64,000 nucleotides of DNA, from NCBI GenBank assembly GCA_002168225.1, contig NHBH01000009.1:785115-849114 (forward strand). The letters are read 5' to 3'. Made by a program: the position numbers and the translations under genes. The notes beneath the pieces are model-generated. The model did not search any database and had not been told where the DNA came from. It saw only the letters and a list, made by a program, of their open reading frames with translations. This document shows, piece by piece, positions 8,252 through 17,977 of this stretch. The stretch is from Micavibrio sp. TMED2 (lineage in GTDB: Bacteria > Pseudomonadota > Alphaproteobacteria > TMED2). Each line of letters opens with the position of its first letter. The first letter of the stretch is position 1.

Positions 8252-8920
8252 ATGAGCGAGCTATTTCGAGAAATCGATAGTGAGTTGCGACAAGACAAAG
8301 CGCGCGAATGGCTGTTGCGATACGGCCCGCGCATTCTGATCGTGTGCGTGATCGGAATTTTTCTTGTCGCCATCGGCGTCTATCTGCGTGAGCAGGAAAT
8401 GGAACGCCGGGAAGCTGCGACCGCTGAACTCATAGGTATCGTCGGTGAGGGGCCGCGCCCGACCGACCTTTCGGTCGAGCAACTCCAGCAATATGTCGCG
8501 AACACCAAGGGCGAGATTGCCGCAATCGGGCAGTTCCACCTCGCCGGTGAACTGGCACGTGATGGTGATGTCGATGGTGCTCTCGCCAATTACAAGGAGC
8601 TGGCGGCCAATAGCGACCTGACACAGGAGCTGCGTGATCTGGCCTCGCTCTACAGCATCATGCTGCGCATGAATGACGAGAGCCAGACGGCGGATGCCCT
8701 GATCGCCGAGCTGGCCCCACTGACCGGTGCTGATGTTGCCTGGAACCTGACGGCACAGGAACTGACCGCATTGCTGCATATCAAGAACGGGAATGAAGAG
8801 CAGGGGCGTCAGATCATTGCCGATCTGCTCGAGGTAACGAACCTGCCACTCGGCATGCGTCGTCGCTTGTTCCAATGGACGGAGATTTACGGTGAGCCTG
8901 CCAACCCTGAACAATCCTGA
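8252..8920 (+). CDS. YfgM/TPR_21-like membrane-anchored protein
   Basis: MSELFREIDSELRQD N-terminus, one TM helix, helical repeats; lies directly upstream of bamB-der. Confidence 0.82.
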   Translation: MSELFREIDSELRQDKAREWLLRYGPRILIVCVIGIFLVAIGVYLREQEMERREAATAELIGIVGEGPRPTDLSVEQLQQYVANTKGEIAAIGQFHLAGELARDGDVDGALANYKELAANSDLTQELRDLASLYSIMLRMNDESQTADALIAELAPLTGADVAWNLTAQELTALLHIKNGNEEQGRQIIADLLEVTNLPLGMRRRLFQWTEIYGEPANPEQS

Positions 8921-10259
8921 TCGGTTGCCTGTGTTTGCACGGACAGTCTGTGTCGCGCTTGGTCTGCTGGTTAGCCTGACCGCTTGCGATACAGTCGGCG
9001 ACTTCTTTGAGGATGACGCGCCGCCGCCATTGCCGGGCAAGCGCCTCTCCGTACTGCAGCTTGAAACCCAGCTTGAGCCTGACCCCGAACTGTCCCAGCT
9101 ACAGGTCTCGCTGCCGGGTGAGTTCGGCAACAGCCAGTGGCCACAGGCCGGTGGTTATCCGGACCACAATATGGGGCATCTGGCGCTCGGCCCGTTGCTG
9201 CAGGAAAAGTGGCGGGCAAATATCGGCACCGGCTCGTCCCGCAGTGTCCGTCTCGTTGCCCAGCCGGTGGTCAGTGATGGCCGGGTCTATACCCTCGATG
9301 CCGATGCTGGTCTGCGTGCCTATAATCTCGAGACCGGCCGCGAGCTGTGGTCGGTGGAAACCCGCCTCGACAATGAGGATGATGATGTCCTGACCGGTGG
9401 CATTGCCGTTGCCGGTGACCGGATTTTTGTTACCACGGGCTATGCCACCCTTGCGGCATTTGAAATCCAGAATGGCGGCGAGTTGTGGCGGCAGCGTCTG
9501 GCGGCCCCGTCGCGCGCGGCACCGACCGTGGTGCAGGGCAAGGTCTTTGTCCTGACCGTCGACAACCAGCTGTTCGCCTATGATGCCGAAACCGGCACTG
9601 TCGGCTGGAGCCACAGCGGTCTGAGCGAGGCTGCGGGCCTGCTCGGTGCGGCAAGCCCGGCATCCGATGGCACGGTTATCGTTGTCGGCTATTCCTCGGG
9701 TGAGCTCCATGGCCTGCGGGTCGAGAACGGATCATCGGTCTGGCAGGACAGCCTGGCCCCGGTCCGTCGCCTCGGCATGATGGCCAGCCTTGCCGATATT
9801 CAATCCATGCCGGTGATTGCTAATGGTACCGTCTATGCCATCAGCCACGCGTCGCGTTTCCTTGCGATTGATATCCGCAACGGCAACCGTCTCTGGCAGC
9901 GCCGTATCGGCAGCACGGCAAACCCGGTTGTGGCGGGCGATTTCATCTTCGTGCTGACCAATGAGAATGAGCTGGTTGCGATGACCCGGCAGGATGGGCG
10001 CATCCGCTGGACGCTGCAGCTGCCACGCTATGAGGATGAGGAGGACCGCGAGGACCCGATCATCTGGACGAGCCCGGTCCTGGCCGGTGGCCGTCTGATT
10101 GTGGCGGGCACCAATGATCAGGTGCTTGAACTGGACCCGAGTGATGGCAGTACCGTGCGCAGTTGGGAAAGCCGGGCGTCGGTTCTGGTTGATCCGGTGG
10201 TGGTTGACGGCTATCTGCTGCTGCTTGACGAGACCGGGCGTTTGACGGCCTATCACTAG
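8892..10259 (+). CDS. bamB: BamB-like PQQ beta-propeller lipoprotein
   Basis: Lipobox LTAC, repeated xGxxxW propeller motifs, yfgM-bamB-der synteny. Confidence 0.85.
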   Translation: MSLPTLNNPDRLPVFARTVCVALGLLVSLTACDTVGDFFEDDAPPPLPGKRLSVLQLETQLEPDPELSQLQVSLPGEFGNSQWPQAGGYPDHNMGHLALGPLLQEKWRANIGTGSSRSVRLVAQPVVSDGRVYTLDADAGLRAYNLETGRELWSVETRLDNEDDDVLTGGIAVAGDRIFVTTGYATLAAFEIQNGGELWRQRLAAPSRAAPTVVQGKVFVLTVDNQLFAYDAETGTVGWSHSGLSEAAGLLGAASPASDGTVIVVGYSSGELHGLRVENGSSVWQDSLAPVRRLGMMASLADIQSMPVIANGTVYAISHASRFLAIDIRNGNRLWQRRIGSTANPVVAGDFIFVLTNENELVAMTRQDGRIRWTLQLPRYEDEEDREDPIIWTSPVLAGGRLIVAGTNDQVLELDPSDGSTVRSWESRASVLVDPVVVDGYLLLLDETGRLTAYH

Positions 10260-10304
10260 GTCGGGCTATTTCCGATCATCACCTTTAACCAACGGCATCA
10301 TGTC

Positions 10305-11870
10305 ATGAGCTTCACCGTCGCGCTGGTAGGCCGCCCCAATGTGGGCAAATCCACGCTGTTCAACCGGCTTGTCGGCAAGCGGGTAGCGCTTGTCCATGAC
10401 ACGCCGGGGCTGACCCGTGACTGGCGGCGCGGCACCGGGCGTATCGGCTCGCTCAATTTCGATGTGCTCGATACCGCGGGGCTTGAGGACGAGCCGGACG
10501 AGAAACTCGCGGGCCGGATGCGGCTCAAGACCGAGGAAGCACTCGGCCAAGCCGATGTTGCGCTGTTCCTGATCGATGCCCGTGCCGGTGTTACACCGCT
10601 GGATGAATTCTTCGCCAATAAGCTGCGTCGTCACAAGATCCCGGTGATCCTGATTGCCAACAAGGCCGAGGGCAAGGCCGGGGAGAGCGGGTATCTCGAG
10701 GCATATTCCCTCGGGCTTGGTGAGCCGCTGCGCCTGTCCGCCGAGCATGGCGATGGCATGAATGTGCTGTTCGATGCCCTGCTGCCTTATGAGGCCGCCG
10801 AGGTAACCGAAGCGATCCGCATGCAGACCGAGATCGAGGCCGATGGCTGGGCTGATGTGCCGGAAGAGTATGACGGGGATGATGATGAAGACGACCTCGA
10901 CGAGATAATTGACGAGGAAGGCGAGGGCGAAGCGGTTAAATCCACGAGCGGCATGGTCCTGCCCGAGGGCGTTGACCCTGAGATGATGATCATCGACGAG
11001 GCCGAGGAAGCCAGCCTCGCGGATCAGCTTGAGGCGGAGTTGCGCGCCCGGCCAATCCAGATGGCGATCATCGGTCGTCCGAATGCAGGCAAGTCGACAC
11101 TGGTCAATACCCTGCTGGGACAGGAACGGATGCTGACCGGGCCGGAGCCGGGTATCACCCGTGATGCCATTGCCAGCGACTGGACCTATGAGGGCTGGAC
11201 CTTCAATCTGGTCGATACCGCCGGTCTGCGTCGCCGTGCCAAGGTCACCGACCGTCTTGAGCAGATTGCCAATTCGAGCACGCTCAACAGCCTTGATATG
11301 GCACAGGTGGTTCTGTTGCTGGTCGATGCCAATGAAGGGCTGGACAAGCAGGACCTGACCATTGCCCGCCGGGTTATCAATGAGGGGCGGGCGCTGGTGA
11401 TCGGTGTCAATAAATGGGACGCGGTCGATGACCGGGCCATGACCCTGCGCGGGTTCGAGGACCGGTTGCAGACCTCACTGACCCAGGTTGCAGGTGTGCC
11501 GCTGGTGACGCTTTCCGGTCTGCGCGGCAAGGGCCTCGACAAGGTGATGGGCGCCGTGCTGCATGTCTATCAGCGCTGGAACACCCGTATTTCCACCGGT
11601 CGCCTCAACCGCTGGCTCGATGGCATGATCGGGGCGCATCCGCCACCGGCATCACAGGGGCGTCCGATCCGGCTGCGCTATATGACCCAGATCAAGAACC
11701 GGCCACCGCATTTCGCACTCTGGTGTTCGCGCCCGAAAGACCTGCCCGAGAGCTATCGCCGCTATCTCCTCAACGGGATGCGGGAGACATTCGATCTCGG
11801 TGGTGTGCCGATGCGGATTTCCATGCGCAAGGCCGACAACCCCTACGCACACAAGGCCCGCAAAACCTGA
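10305..11870 (+). CDS. der: Ribosome biogenesis GTPase Der/EngA
   Basis: Two G domains (GRPNVGKS/DTAG/NKAE and GRPNAGKS/DTAG/NKWD) plus a KH-like C-terminus. Confidence 0.97.
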   Translation: MSFTVALVGRPNVGKSTLFNRLVGKRVALVHDTPGLTRDWRRGTGRIGSLNFDVLDTAGLEDEPDEKLAGRMRLKTEEALGQADVALFLIDARAGVTPLDEFFANKLRRHKIPVILIANKAEGKAGESGYLEAYSLGLGEPLRLSAEHGDGMNVLFDALLPYEAAEVTEAIRMQTEIEADGWADVPEEYDGDDDEDDLDEIIDEEGEGEAVKSTSGMVLPEGVDPEMMIIDEAEEASLADQLEAELRARPIQMAIIGRPNAGKSTLVNTLLGQERMLTGPEPGITRDAIASDWTYEGWTFNLVDTAGLRRRAKVTDRLEQIANSSTLNSLDMAQVVLLLVDANEGLDKQDLTIARRVINEGRALVIGVNKWDAVDDRAMTLRGFEDRLQTSLTQVAGVPLVTLSGLRGKGLDKVMGAVLHVYQRWNTRISTGRLNRWLDGMIGAHPPPASQGRPIRLRYMTQIKNRPPHFALWCSRPKDLPESYRRYLLNGMRETFDLGGVPMRISMRKADNPYAHKARKT

Positions 11871-11876
11871 TCGTCA

Positions 11877-12578
11877 TCAGTCGAGGATGATCCGCTCGCC
11901 ATGGCGGGTGTCATCGGCGCTGGCAAGGGCGATGAAGGCATCTGTCCTTGTTGCCGGGTCCGGTTGCGTGCCCTCCGGCTCACCGGGGAAGGCAATCGCG
12001 CGCAGCTTGGTCGCCATCGGACCGGGATCAACCAGATTGACCCGCACCTTGCCATTCGGCACCTCGCTGGCATAACCCATGACCATGCGGTCAAACGCGG
12101 CCTTGCTGGCACCATAACCGCCCCAGAACGGTTGCTGATCGACAGCGGCAGCACAGGTAACGCCGATAAACCGGCCATTGCCGCTCAACTGCAGCAGCGG
12201 GTCCATGCTACGGATCAGGCGGTAGGGAGCCTGACAGTTGGTACGCCAGGCATCCTCGAACGGCTTGGGATTGCTTTGGGCGATCGGGCTGAGCGTGCCC
12301 ATATTGGCGGCATTGCTGATCACCACATCAATTTTGCCGAAGCGTTGGTGCAGGGCACCGCCCATGCGGTCGATGGCATCGCTGTCGCGCAGGTCGAGGG
12401 GCACGAGGGTTGCGTCCTGACCGGTGGCGGCTTTGATCTGATCGTCGAGAGCCTCAAGCCCGCCGACGGTGCGGGCCACGGCAATGATGTGGTAACCGGC
12501 CTTGGCAAAGGCGAGGCCGAGGGCAGCGCCGAGGCCGCGTGACGCCCCGGTAATCAGGCAGATGGGTTGGTCAGTCAT
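11877..12578 (-). CDS. SDR-family oxidoreductase (YciK-like)
   Basis: TGASRGLG, YGASK, DPGPMAT motifs. Confidence 0.9.
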   Translation of the reverse strand: MTDQPICLITGASRGLGAALGLAFAKAGYHIIAVARTVGGLEALDDQIKAATGQDATLVPLDLRDSDAIDRMGGALHQRFGKIDVVISNAANMGTLSPIAQSNPKPFEDAWRTNCQAPYRLIRSMDPLLQLSGNGRFIGVTCAAAVDQQPFWGGYGASKAAFDRMVMGYASEVPNGKVRVNLVDPGPMATKLRAIAFPGEPEGTQPDPATRTDAFIALASADDTRHGERIILD

Positions 12579-12657
12579 GGATCAGGCAGGCGAAAGAAAA
12601 CGGGGAACAGCCGCCTATCCGGGCAGCCGCATGAAATCGGGCGTAGTTATGCAGAAT

Positions 12658-13326
12658 TTATCGGTTTATGCCACCACCGGGAACATAAACACCACCACCG
12701 GATTGCTGCTGTTGCTGCTGGACCGGGCGCGGGGCGTAGAGTGAACTCGCCGGTGCGCGCTGTGGTGATCCGGTCTGTCCGGCATAGCTGCCGCTGCCAT
12801 CACTGTTTGGTAAGGTGACATTGGGTAGGTTGCGCAGATTATCAGGCAGGCGGCGCGGGTCAGCCGGTGCCATGCTGTTCGGCTGTGCCGCCTGATACTG
12901 GCGCAGGGCCTCCATCGGGGTGATGCCGGTGCTGAATGGCTTGAAAGCAGGCTCGTTTGGCATTTCAAGATTGGCGCACATCTTCCACATGGGGATGGCA
13001 TCCGGCCATTTCTGGGAGCACTCGATCAGAACTCGGTAATGGTCGCTGTTCGGCGGGTAGCTGTTGACCAGTTTGATGTAGTCTTCGAGCTGTTTGATAC
13101 TATCCTTGCGGCACTGCTCTTCGCGTGGCTGATCGTCGGCCCATGCCTCGTTACACATGTTGACGATGCGTTGACGGAGCTCATCCATCTGTCCGCCCTG
13201 TTGCGCATTGGCGGTACCCGGCAGTGTTGTGGAGAGCAGCGATGCGGCGGTGAATACGCCAATAGCGAATTTGACGATATGACCTGAAACGCCTGAAACG
13301 GACAGCGTTGTCTGTTGGATGCGCAT
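12658..13326 (-). CDS. Hypothetical exported protein with four Cys and a Pro/Gln-rich tail
   Basis: Hydrophobic signal-like segment ending ANA-QQ; two C-x3-W-x9-C units; start codon uncertain. Confidence 0.65.
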   Translation of the reverse strand: MRIQQTTLSVSGVSGHIVKFAIGVFTAASLLSTTLPGTANAQQGGQMDELRQRIVNMCNEAWADDQPREEQCRKDSIKQLEDYIKLVNSYPPNSDHYRVLIECSQKWPDAIPMWKMCANLEMPNEPAFKPFSTGITPMEALRQYQAAQPNSMAPADPRRLPDNLRNLPNVTLPNSDGSGSYAGQTGSPQRAPASSLYAPRPVQQQQQQSGGGVYVPGGGINR

Positions 13327-13445
13327 GATCTCGGTGTTTCCCACTGAACCGGTTTGTTTCACCCGATATTTGCACAAAGCGGCTGAATTTCCCAAGTCTA
13401 AACAGCCCTTCACGGAAATATCAGATGCCACCGATGCGCGGTACG

Positions 13446-14939
13446 TCACGCCTGACGACGGACCTGTACACTCTCGGTACCGATTGCTTCTTTTGCTGCC
13501 TTGTCGGTCAAGCGAACCGGATAATCGCCGGTGAAGCACGCGTCACAGAACTGTGGCTGGTTGGTATTGCGCTTGGCCTCGCCAACGGCGCGGTACAGCC
13601 CGTCAATGGAGACAAAGCTGAGGCTGTCGGCATTAATCATTTCCGCCATCTTCTTCACCGAATACTGGTGCGCCAGCAGCTTGTCCTGACTTGGCGTATC
13701 AACGCCGTAGAAGCAGCTGTGGGTGGTTGGCGGGCTGGAGATGCGCATATGGACCGCCGAGGCACCGGCAGCGCGGATCATCTCGACAATCTTTTTGGAG
13801 GTAGTGCCACGCACGATGCTGTCATCGACGAGAACCACGCGCTTGCCTTCGATCAGGCGGCGGTTGGCATTATGCTTGAGTTTGACGCCGAGGTGGCGGA
13901 TTTCATCGGTCGGCTCAATGAAGGTACGACCAACATAGTGGTTGCGGATGATGCCCAACTCGAACGGGATGCCTGACTGCTCGGCAAAGCCGATGGCCGA
14001 TGGCACGCCGCTGTCCGGTACCGGTACGACCACATCGGCGAGGGCCGGGCTTTCCTTGGCCAGTTCGCGCCCGATCTGCTTGCGTACCTCATAGACCGAC
14101 TGGTCGGCGAAGAAGCTGTCGGGGCGTGAGAAATAGACATATTCAAAGATACAGAAGCGTGAGTTCTGTTCGTTGAACGGGCGCATGGTCTGCAGGCCGT
14201 TCTTGTCGACCACGACCATTTCACCGGGCTCGATGTCACGGATGAAGGTCGCGCCGATAATATCGAGGGCACAGGTCTCAGAAGACAGCACATAGCTGTC
14301 GCCGAGCTTGCCGAGCACCAGTGGCCGGATGCCAAGTGGATCACGGGCACCGATCATCTGTTCATTAGTCATGCAGACGACGGAATAGGCACCTTCAAGC
14401 TGGCGCATCGCCTCGACCAGACGGTCGATAACGCTGGCACCACGGGCGAGGGCCATCAGGTGAATGATCACCTCGGTATCAGTGGTTGCCTGAAAGATCG
14501 AGCCACGGCGAACCAGTTGCTCGCGGACCGTCAGGGCATTGGTGATATTGCCGTTCTGACCGAGGGCAAAGCCGCCGAATTCCATTTCCGCGAACAGCGG
14601 CTGTACATTGCTGGCCTGTTGTGAGCCGCCGGTGGTGGCATACCGGTTGTGGCCAATGGCGATATGGCCCCTGAGCTGCTCGATCACTTCCCGCTTGGAG
14701 AAATGGTCGCCGACATGACCGAGGGCGCGGTGGGAAAAGAAGTCATCGCCATCGGTGGAGATGATCCCGGTGCCTTCCTGACCGCGGTGCTGGAGCGCAT
14801 GCAGACCGAGCGCCGTCAGGGCGGCGGCATCCTCATGTCCGAAGATGCCAAAGACGCCGCATTCCTCGCGCAGCTTGTCATCATCAAACGGATTGGTCGT
14901 AAAACCAGCGTCGGTAGTAGTGCAGTCAGTCATCGCCAT
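13446..14939 (-). CDS. purF: Amidophosphoribosyltransferase
   Basis: DDDKLREECGVFG, LQHRGQE, VPVPDSG, LVDDSIVRGTT motifs. Confidence 0.97.
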   Translation of the reverse strand: MAMTDCTTTDAGFTTNPFDDDKLREECGVFGIFGHEDAAALTALGLHALQHRGQEGTGIISTDGDDFFSHRALGHVGDHFSKREVIEQLRGHIAIGHNRYATTGGSQQASNVQPLFAEMEFGGFALGQNGNITNALTVREQLVRRGSIFQATTDTEVIIHLMALARGASVIDRLVEAMRQLEGAYSVVCMTNEQMIGARDPLGIRPLVLGKLGDSYVLSSETCALDIIGATFIRDIEPGEMVVVDKNGLQTMRPFNEQNSRFCIFEYVYFSRPDSFFADQSVYEVRKQIGRELAKESPALADVVVPVPDSGVPSAIGFAEQSGIPFELGIIRNHYVGRTFIEPTDEIRHLGVKLKHNANRRLIEGKRVVLVDDSIVRGTTSKKIVEMIRAAGASAVHMRISSPPTTHSCFYGVDTPSQDKLLAHQYSVKKMAEMINADSLSFVSIDGLYRAVGEAKRNTNQPQFCDACFTGDYPVRLTDKAAKEAIGTESVQVRRQA

Positions 14940-14982
14940 ATCACTAATCCTAAGGCCGTTTCGGGGCAGGCTGGTCGGTTAA

Positions 14983-15744
14983 CTATCTGTTGGCGTCTAA
15001 TAAGGCCTCAATGGCCTTTCGTTCAATCTCTTTATAGCCGTCACGCAGCAGCGTTGCATCATCATCTTGGCCGGATGCGCCGTTTTCATCGCTGTCGGAT
15101 GCCTTGCCGTCTTCATCTGCGGATGGCTTGTTCTCGTCTATCGTCTTGACCTCATCCAGCGTTGGACGCGGGCCTGCGCTCTCTTTCGCTGGCTCCAGTG
15201 CCTCGTCCAGCCCGATAGCGGCGACGGTTTCCTCAGGCAGTAACTGTATAATTGTGTTGGCACCGAGCAGGATCAAGTTTCCAGATCGTGCTTCCGAGAT
15301 TGCCGCCTCAACCGATTGCGGGTTGGAGACCAAGAGCAGCACGATATAGGTCAGGCAGATAATCAGTGCACCACGCACCAGCCCGAAGGCAAAGCCGAGG
15401 GAGCGATCAAGCGCGCTCAGACTTGATTTGCGGATCGCCTTGGAGATTTGACCGGAGATAAGCGCCATGATCGCCGCGACGATAATGAAGATAACGGTGC
15501 CGGTCACCGCCTTGGATATCCAGCCCGCCGGAATGAACTCCTCAACGAAGGGCAGGGCGTAGGGCATGGCAGCGGCGGAAACGAACAGCGCCGTCACCAC
15601 ATTCACCACCTGAAAGAACTCCTTGGTGAAACCGCGGAACAATGCCAGCAGTCCAGAGAGCAGCAGGGTGGCGAGGGCGGCGGCATCCACCCAGTGAAAG
15701 GCCGGTATGGTGCCGGCAACAACATTGGCCGCTTCGTTTTCCAT
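14983..15744 (-). CDS. cvpA: CvpA-family membrane protein
   Basis: RGFTKE and LDRSLGFAFGLVRG motifs; radA-cvpA-purF synteny. Confidence 0.88.
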   Translation of the reverse strand: MENEAANVVAGTIPAFHWVDAAALATLLLSGLLALFRGFTKEFFQVVNVVTALFVSAAAMPYALPFVEEFIPAGWISKAVTGTVIFIIVAAIMALISGQISKAIRKSSLSALDRSLGFAFGLVRGALIICLTYIVLLLVSNPQSVEAAISEARSGNLILLGANTIIQLLPEETVAAIGLDEALEPAKESAGPRPTLDEVKTIDENKPSADEDGKASDSDENGASGQDDDATLLRDGYKEIERKAIEALLDANR

Positions 15745-17168
15745 CAGGCAACATGCTCCCGGTTGCTGCTGTCGCTTGCAGCATGATTTTCATCGGCATA
15801 GTCGATTGCTTGCGGCAGGTCGCCGACCGTGTGAAAGGTCTCAATCGCTATGCCTTCGATTGTTTTCTTGCCCTGTTTTCCCTGCACGCTCTTGGGCATC
15901 CAGGCACGGGTGAAGCCAAGCTTCTGGGCTTCCTTGGCGCGGGCATCGGCGCGGGCGACCGAGCGGACCTCGCCGGTCAGGCCGATTTCCCCGAATACCA
16001 CTGTGCCGGATGGTGCGGGCTTTTCCTTCAGCGCGCTGATGAGGGCAACAGCAACGGCGAGGTCGGCTGCCGGTTCGTTGATCCGCAGCCCACCGGCGAC
16101 GTTGAGATAGATGTCTTCGGTATGGAAGGTCAGCCCGCAACGGGTTTCCAGCACGGCAAGGATCATCGCCAGCCGGTTGCTGTCCCAGCCAACCACGGCG
16201 CGGCGCGGTGTGCCATAGGCGCTGGGCGCGACCAGTGCCTGTATTTCGACCAGCAGCGGGCGGGTGCCCTCGATCCCGGCGAAGACGCAGGTGCCGGGCA
16301 CCTGTTCCCGACGGTCGGCGAGGAACAGGGCTGAGGGGTTGGCTACCTCGCTAAGGCCAGCTTCGATCATTTCAAACACGCCGATTTCATCGGTGGCACC
16401 GAAGCGGTTTTTGACCGTGCGCAGGATGCGGAACGGATGGCCGCGCTCGCCCTCGAAATACAGCACGGTATCGACCATGTGTTCGAGCACACGGGGACCG
16501 GCGAGGGTGCCTTCCTTGGTCACATGACCGATCAGAATAATGGCGATATTGCGTTGCTTGGCGATCCGGATCATTTCCTGCGCCGAGGCCCGGACCTGTC
16601 CGACGCTGCCGGGGGCGCTGTCGATGGTATCGACAAACATGGTCTGGATTGAGTCGATAATCAGGATATCCGGGCGGTCGGTATCATTCATGGTGGCGAC
16701 GATATCGCGGACCGAGGTAGCCGCGGCCAGTTGCACCGGTGCCTGTGACAGGCCGAGCCGGGCGGCCCGCATACGGATCTGTTCCAGACCTTCCTCGCCG
16801 GAGATATAGGCGACCTTCAGGCTCTGGGACAACGCGCCCGCAACCTGCAGCATCAGGGTCGATTTGCCGATGCCGGGATCGCCGCCAACCAGAAGCGCGC
16901 CGCCGGGCACAACACCGCCGCCGCAGACCCGGTCAAACTCGCCGATGCCGGTGAGGTGGCGGGTAACATCGGTGCTTTTGGCCTGCAGATCGGCAAATTC
17001 GATTGCCTTGCCCTTGGCGCTGCGATTTTTCAGGCCACCGGGATTGAGGTCTTCCGTGCTCTCCTCGACCAGCGAATTCCAGGCACCGCAGCCATCGCAT
17101 TTGCCGACCCATTGACCATGGGCAGTCCCGCATTCCTGACAGACGAAGCTGGGGCGTTTTCTGGCCAT
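15744..17168 (-). CDS. radA: DNA repair protein RadA/Sms
   Basis: Zn finger CQECG...CDGC, GDPGIGKST, KNRFG, Lon-like C-terminus. Confidence 0.97.
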   Translation of the reverse strand: MARKRPSFVCQECGTAHGQWVGKCDGCGAWNSLVEESTEDLNPGGLKNRSAKGKAIEFADLQAKSTDVTRHLTGIGEFDRVCGGGVVPGGALLVGGDPGIGKSTLMLQVAGALSQSLKVAYISGEEGLEQIRMRAARLGLSQAPVQLAAATSVRDIVATMNDTDRPDILIIDSIQTMFVDTIDSAPGSVGQVRASAQEMIRIAKQRNIAIILIGHVTKEGTLAGPRVLEHMVDTVLYFEGERGHPFRILRTVKNRFGATDEIGVFEMIEAGLSEVANPSALFLADRREQVPGTCVFAGIEGTRPLLVEIQALVAPSAYGTPRRAVVGWDSNRLAMILAVLETRCGLTFHTEDIYLNVAGGLRINEPAADLAVAVALISALKEKPAPSGTVVFGEIGLTGEVRSVARADARAKEAQKLGFTRAWMPKSVQGKQGKKTIEGIAIETFHTVGDLPQAIDYADENHAASDSSNREHVA

Positions 17169-17977
17169 TATCCCGCTTTCACCTGCATGGCGATCGGGCC
17201 TTCGGCGCTGCCGGTGACGAATTGTTCGACATAGGGATTGCCGGAGTTGTCGATCTGGTCAACCGGACCGTTCCAGATCAGCTCGCCCTCATAGAGCATG
17301 ACAATACGGTCGGCGATCTTGCGGGCGCTGGCCATGTCGTGCGTAATTGATACCGCCGTTGCGCCGAGCGCCTTGACCTGTTCGTTGATCAGCTTGTTGA
17401 TCACGTCGCTCATGATCGGGTCGAGGCCGGTGGTTGGCTCATCGAAGAAGATGATCTCGGGATTGCCGGCAATGGCGCGGGCGAGGCCGACGCGCTTCTG
17501 CATCCCGCCAGAGAGTTCCGCCGGAAACAGATTGGCAACGTCGCTTTTGAGGCCGACCGCCGCCAGCTTCTCAACCGCAACATCACGGGCGGCGGCGCGC
17601 GCCATCTTCTTGCCCTGGATCAGGCCAAAGGCGACATTTTCCCAGACGCTCAGACTGTCAAACAGGGCGGCACCCTGAAACAGCATGCCGAAGCGACCGA
17701 ACTGTTCTTCCTGTTTCTTGCCGCGCAGACCGGTGGTTTCCTCGCCATCGATTTTGATGCTGCCACTATCGGGCTGCATCAGGCCGAGAATACATTTGAG
17801 CAGTACGGATTTGCCGGTGCCAGACCCGCCGATGACGACAACGGATTCGCCCTTGCCGACGGTCAGGTCGAGGCCGCGCAGCACATGCTTCGGACCGAAT
17901 GACTTCTTAAGGTCATTGATCTCGATTTTTGGCTCAACGCCTGTGGCGGCGTCGATAGTGGAAAGCGTCTGGTTCAT
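17168..17977 (-). CDS. mlaF: MlaF-like ABC ATPase
   Basis: GGSGTGKS, LFQGAALFDS, LSGGMQKRV, DEPTTGLDP; follows mlaE. Confidence 0.88.
   Translation of the reverse strand: MNQTLSTIDAATGVEPKIEINDLKKSFGPKHVLRGLDLTVGKGESVVVIGGSGTGKSVLLKCILGLMQPDSGSIKIDGEETTGLRGKKQEEQFGRFGMLFQGAALFDSLSVWENVAFGLIQGKKMARAAARDVAVEKLAAVGLKSDVANLFPAELSGGMQKRVGLARAIAGNPEIIFFDEPTTGLDPIMSDVINKLINEQVKALGATAVSITHDMASARKIADRIVMLYEGELIWNGPVDQIDNSGNPYVEQFVTGSAEGPIAMQVKAG

Noticed and set aside
12601-12612. CTGTTCCCCG (minus strand) resembling the start of a type I-E CRISPR repeat
   Set aside because: Copies are isolated and more than 10 kb apart, with no repeat-spacer periodicity and no cas genes.
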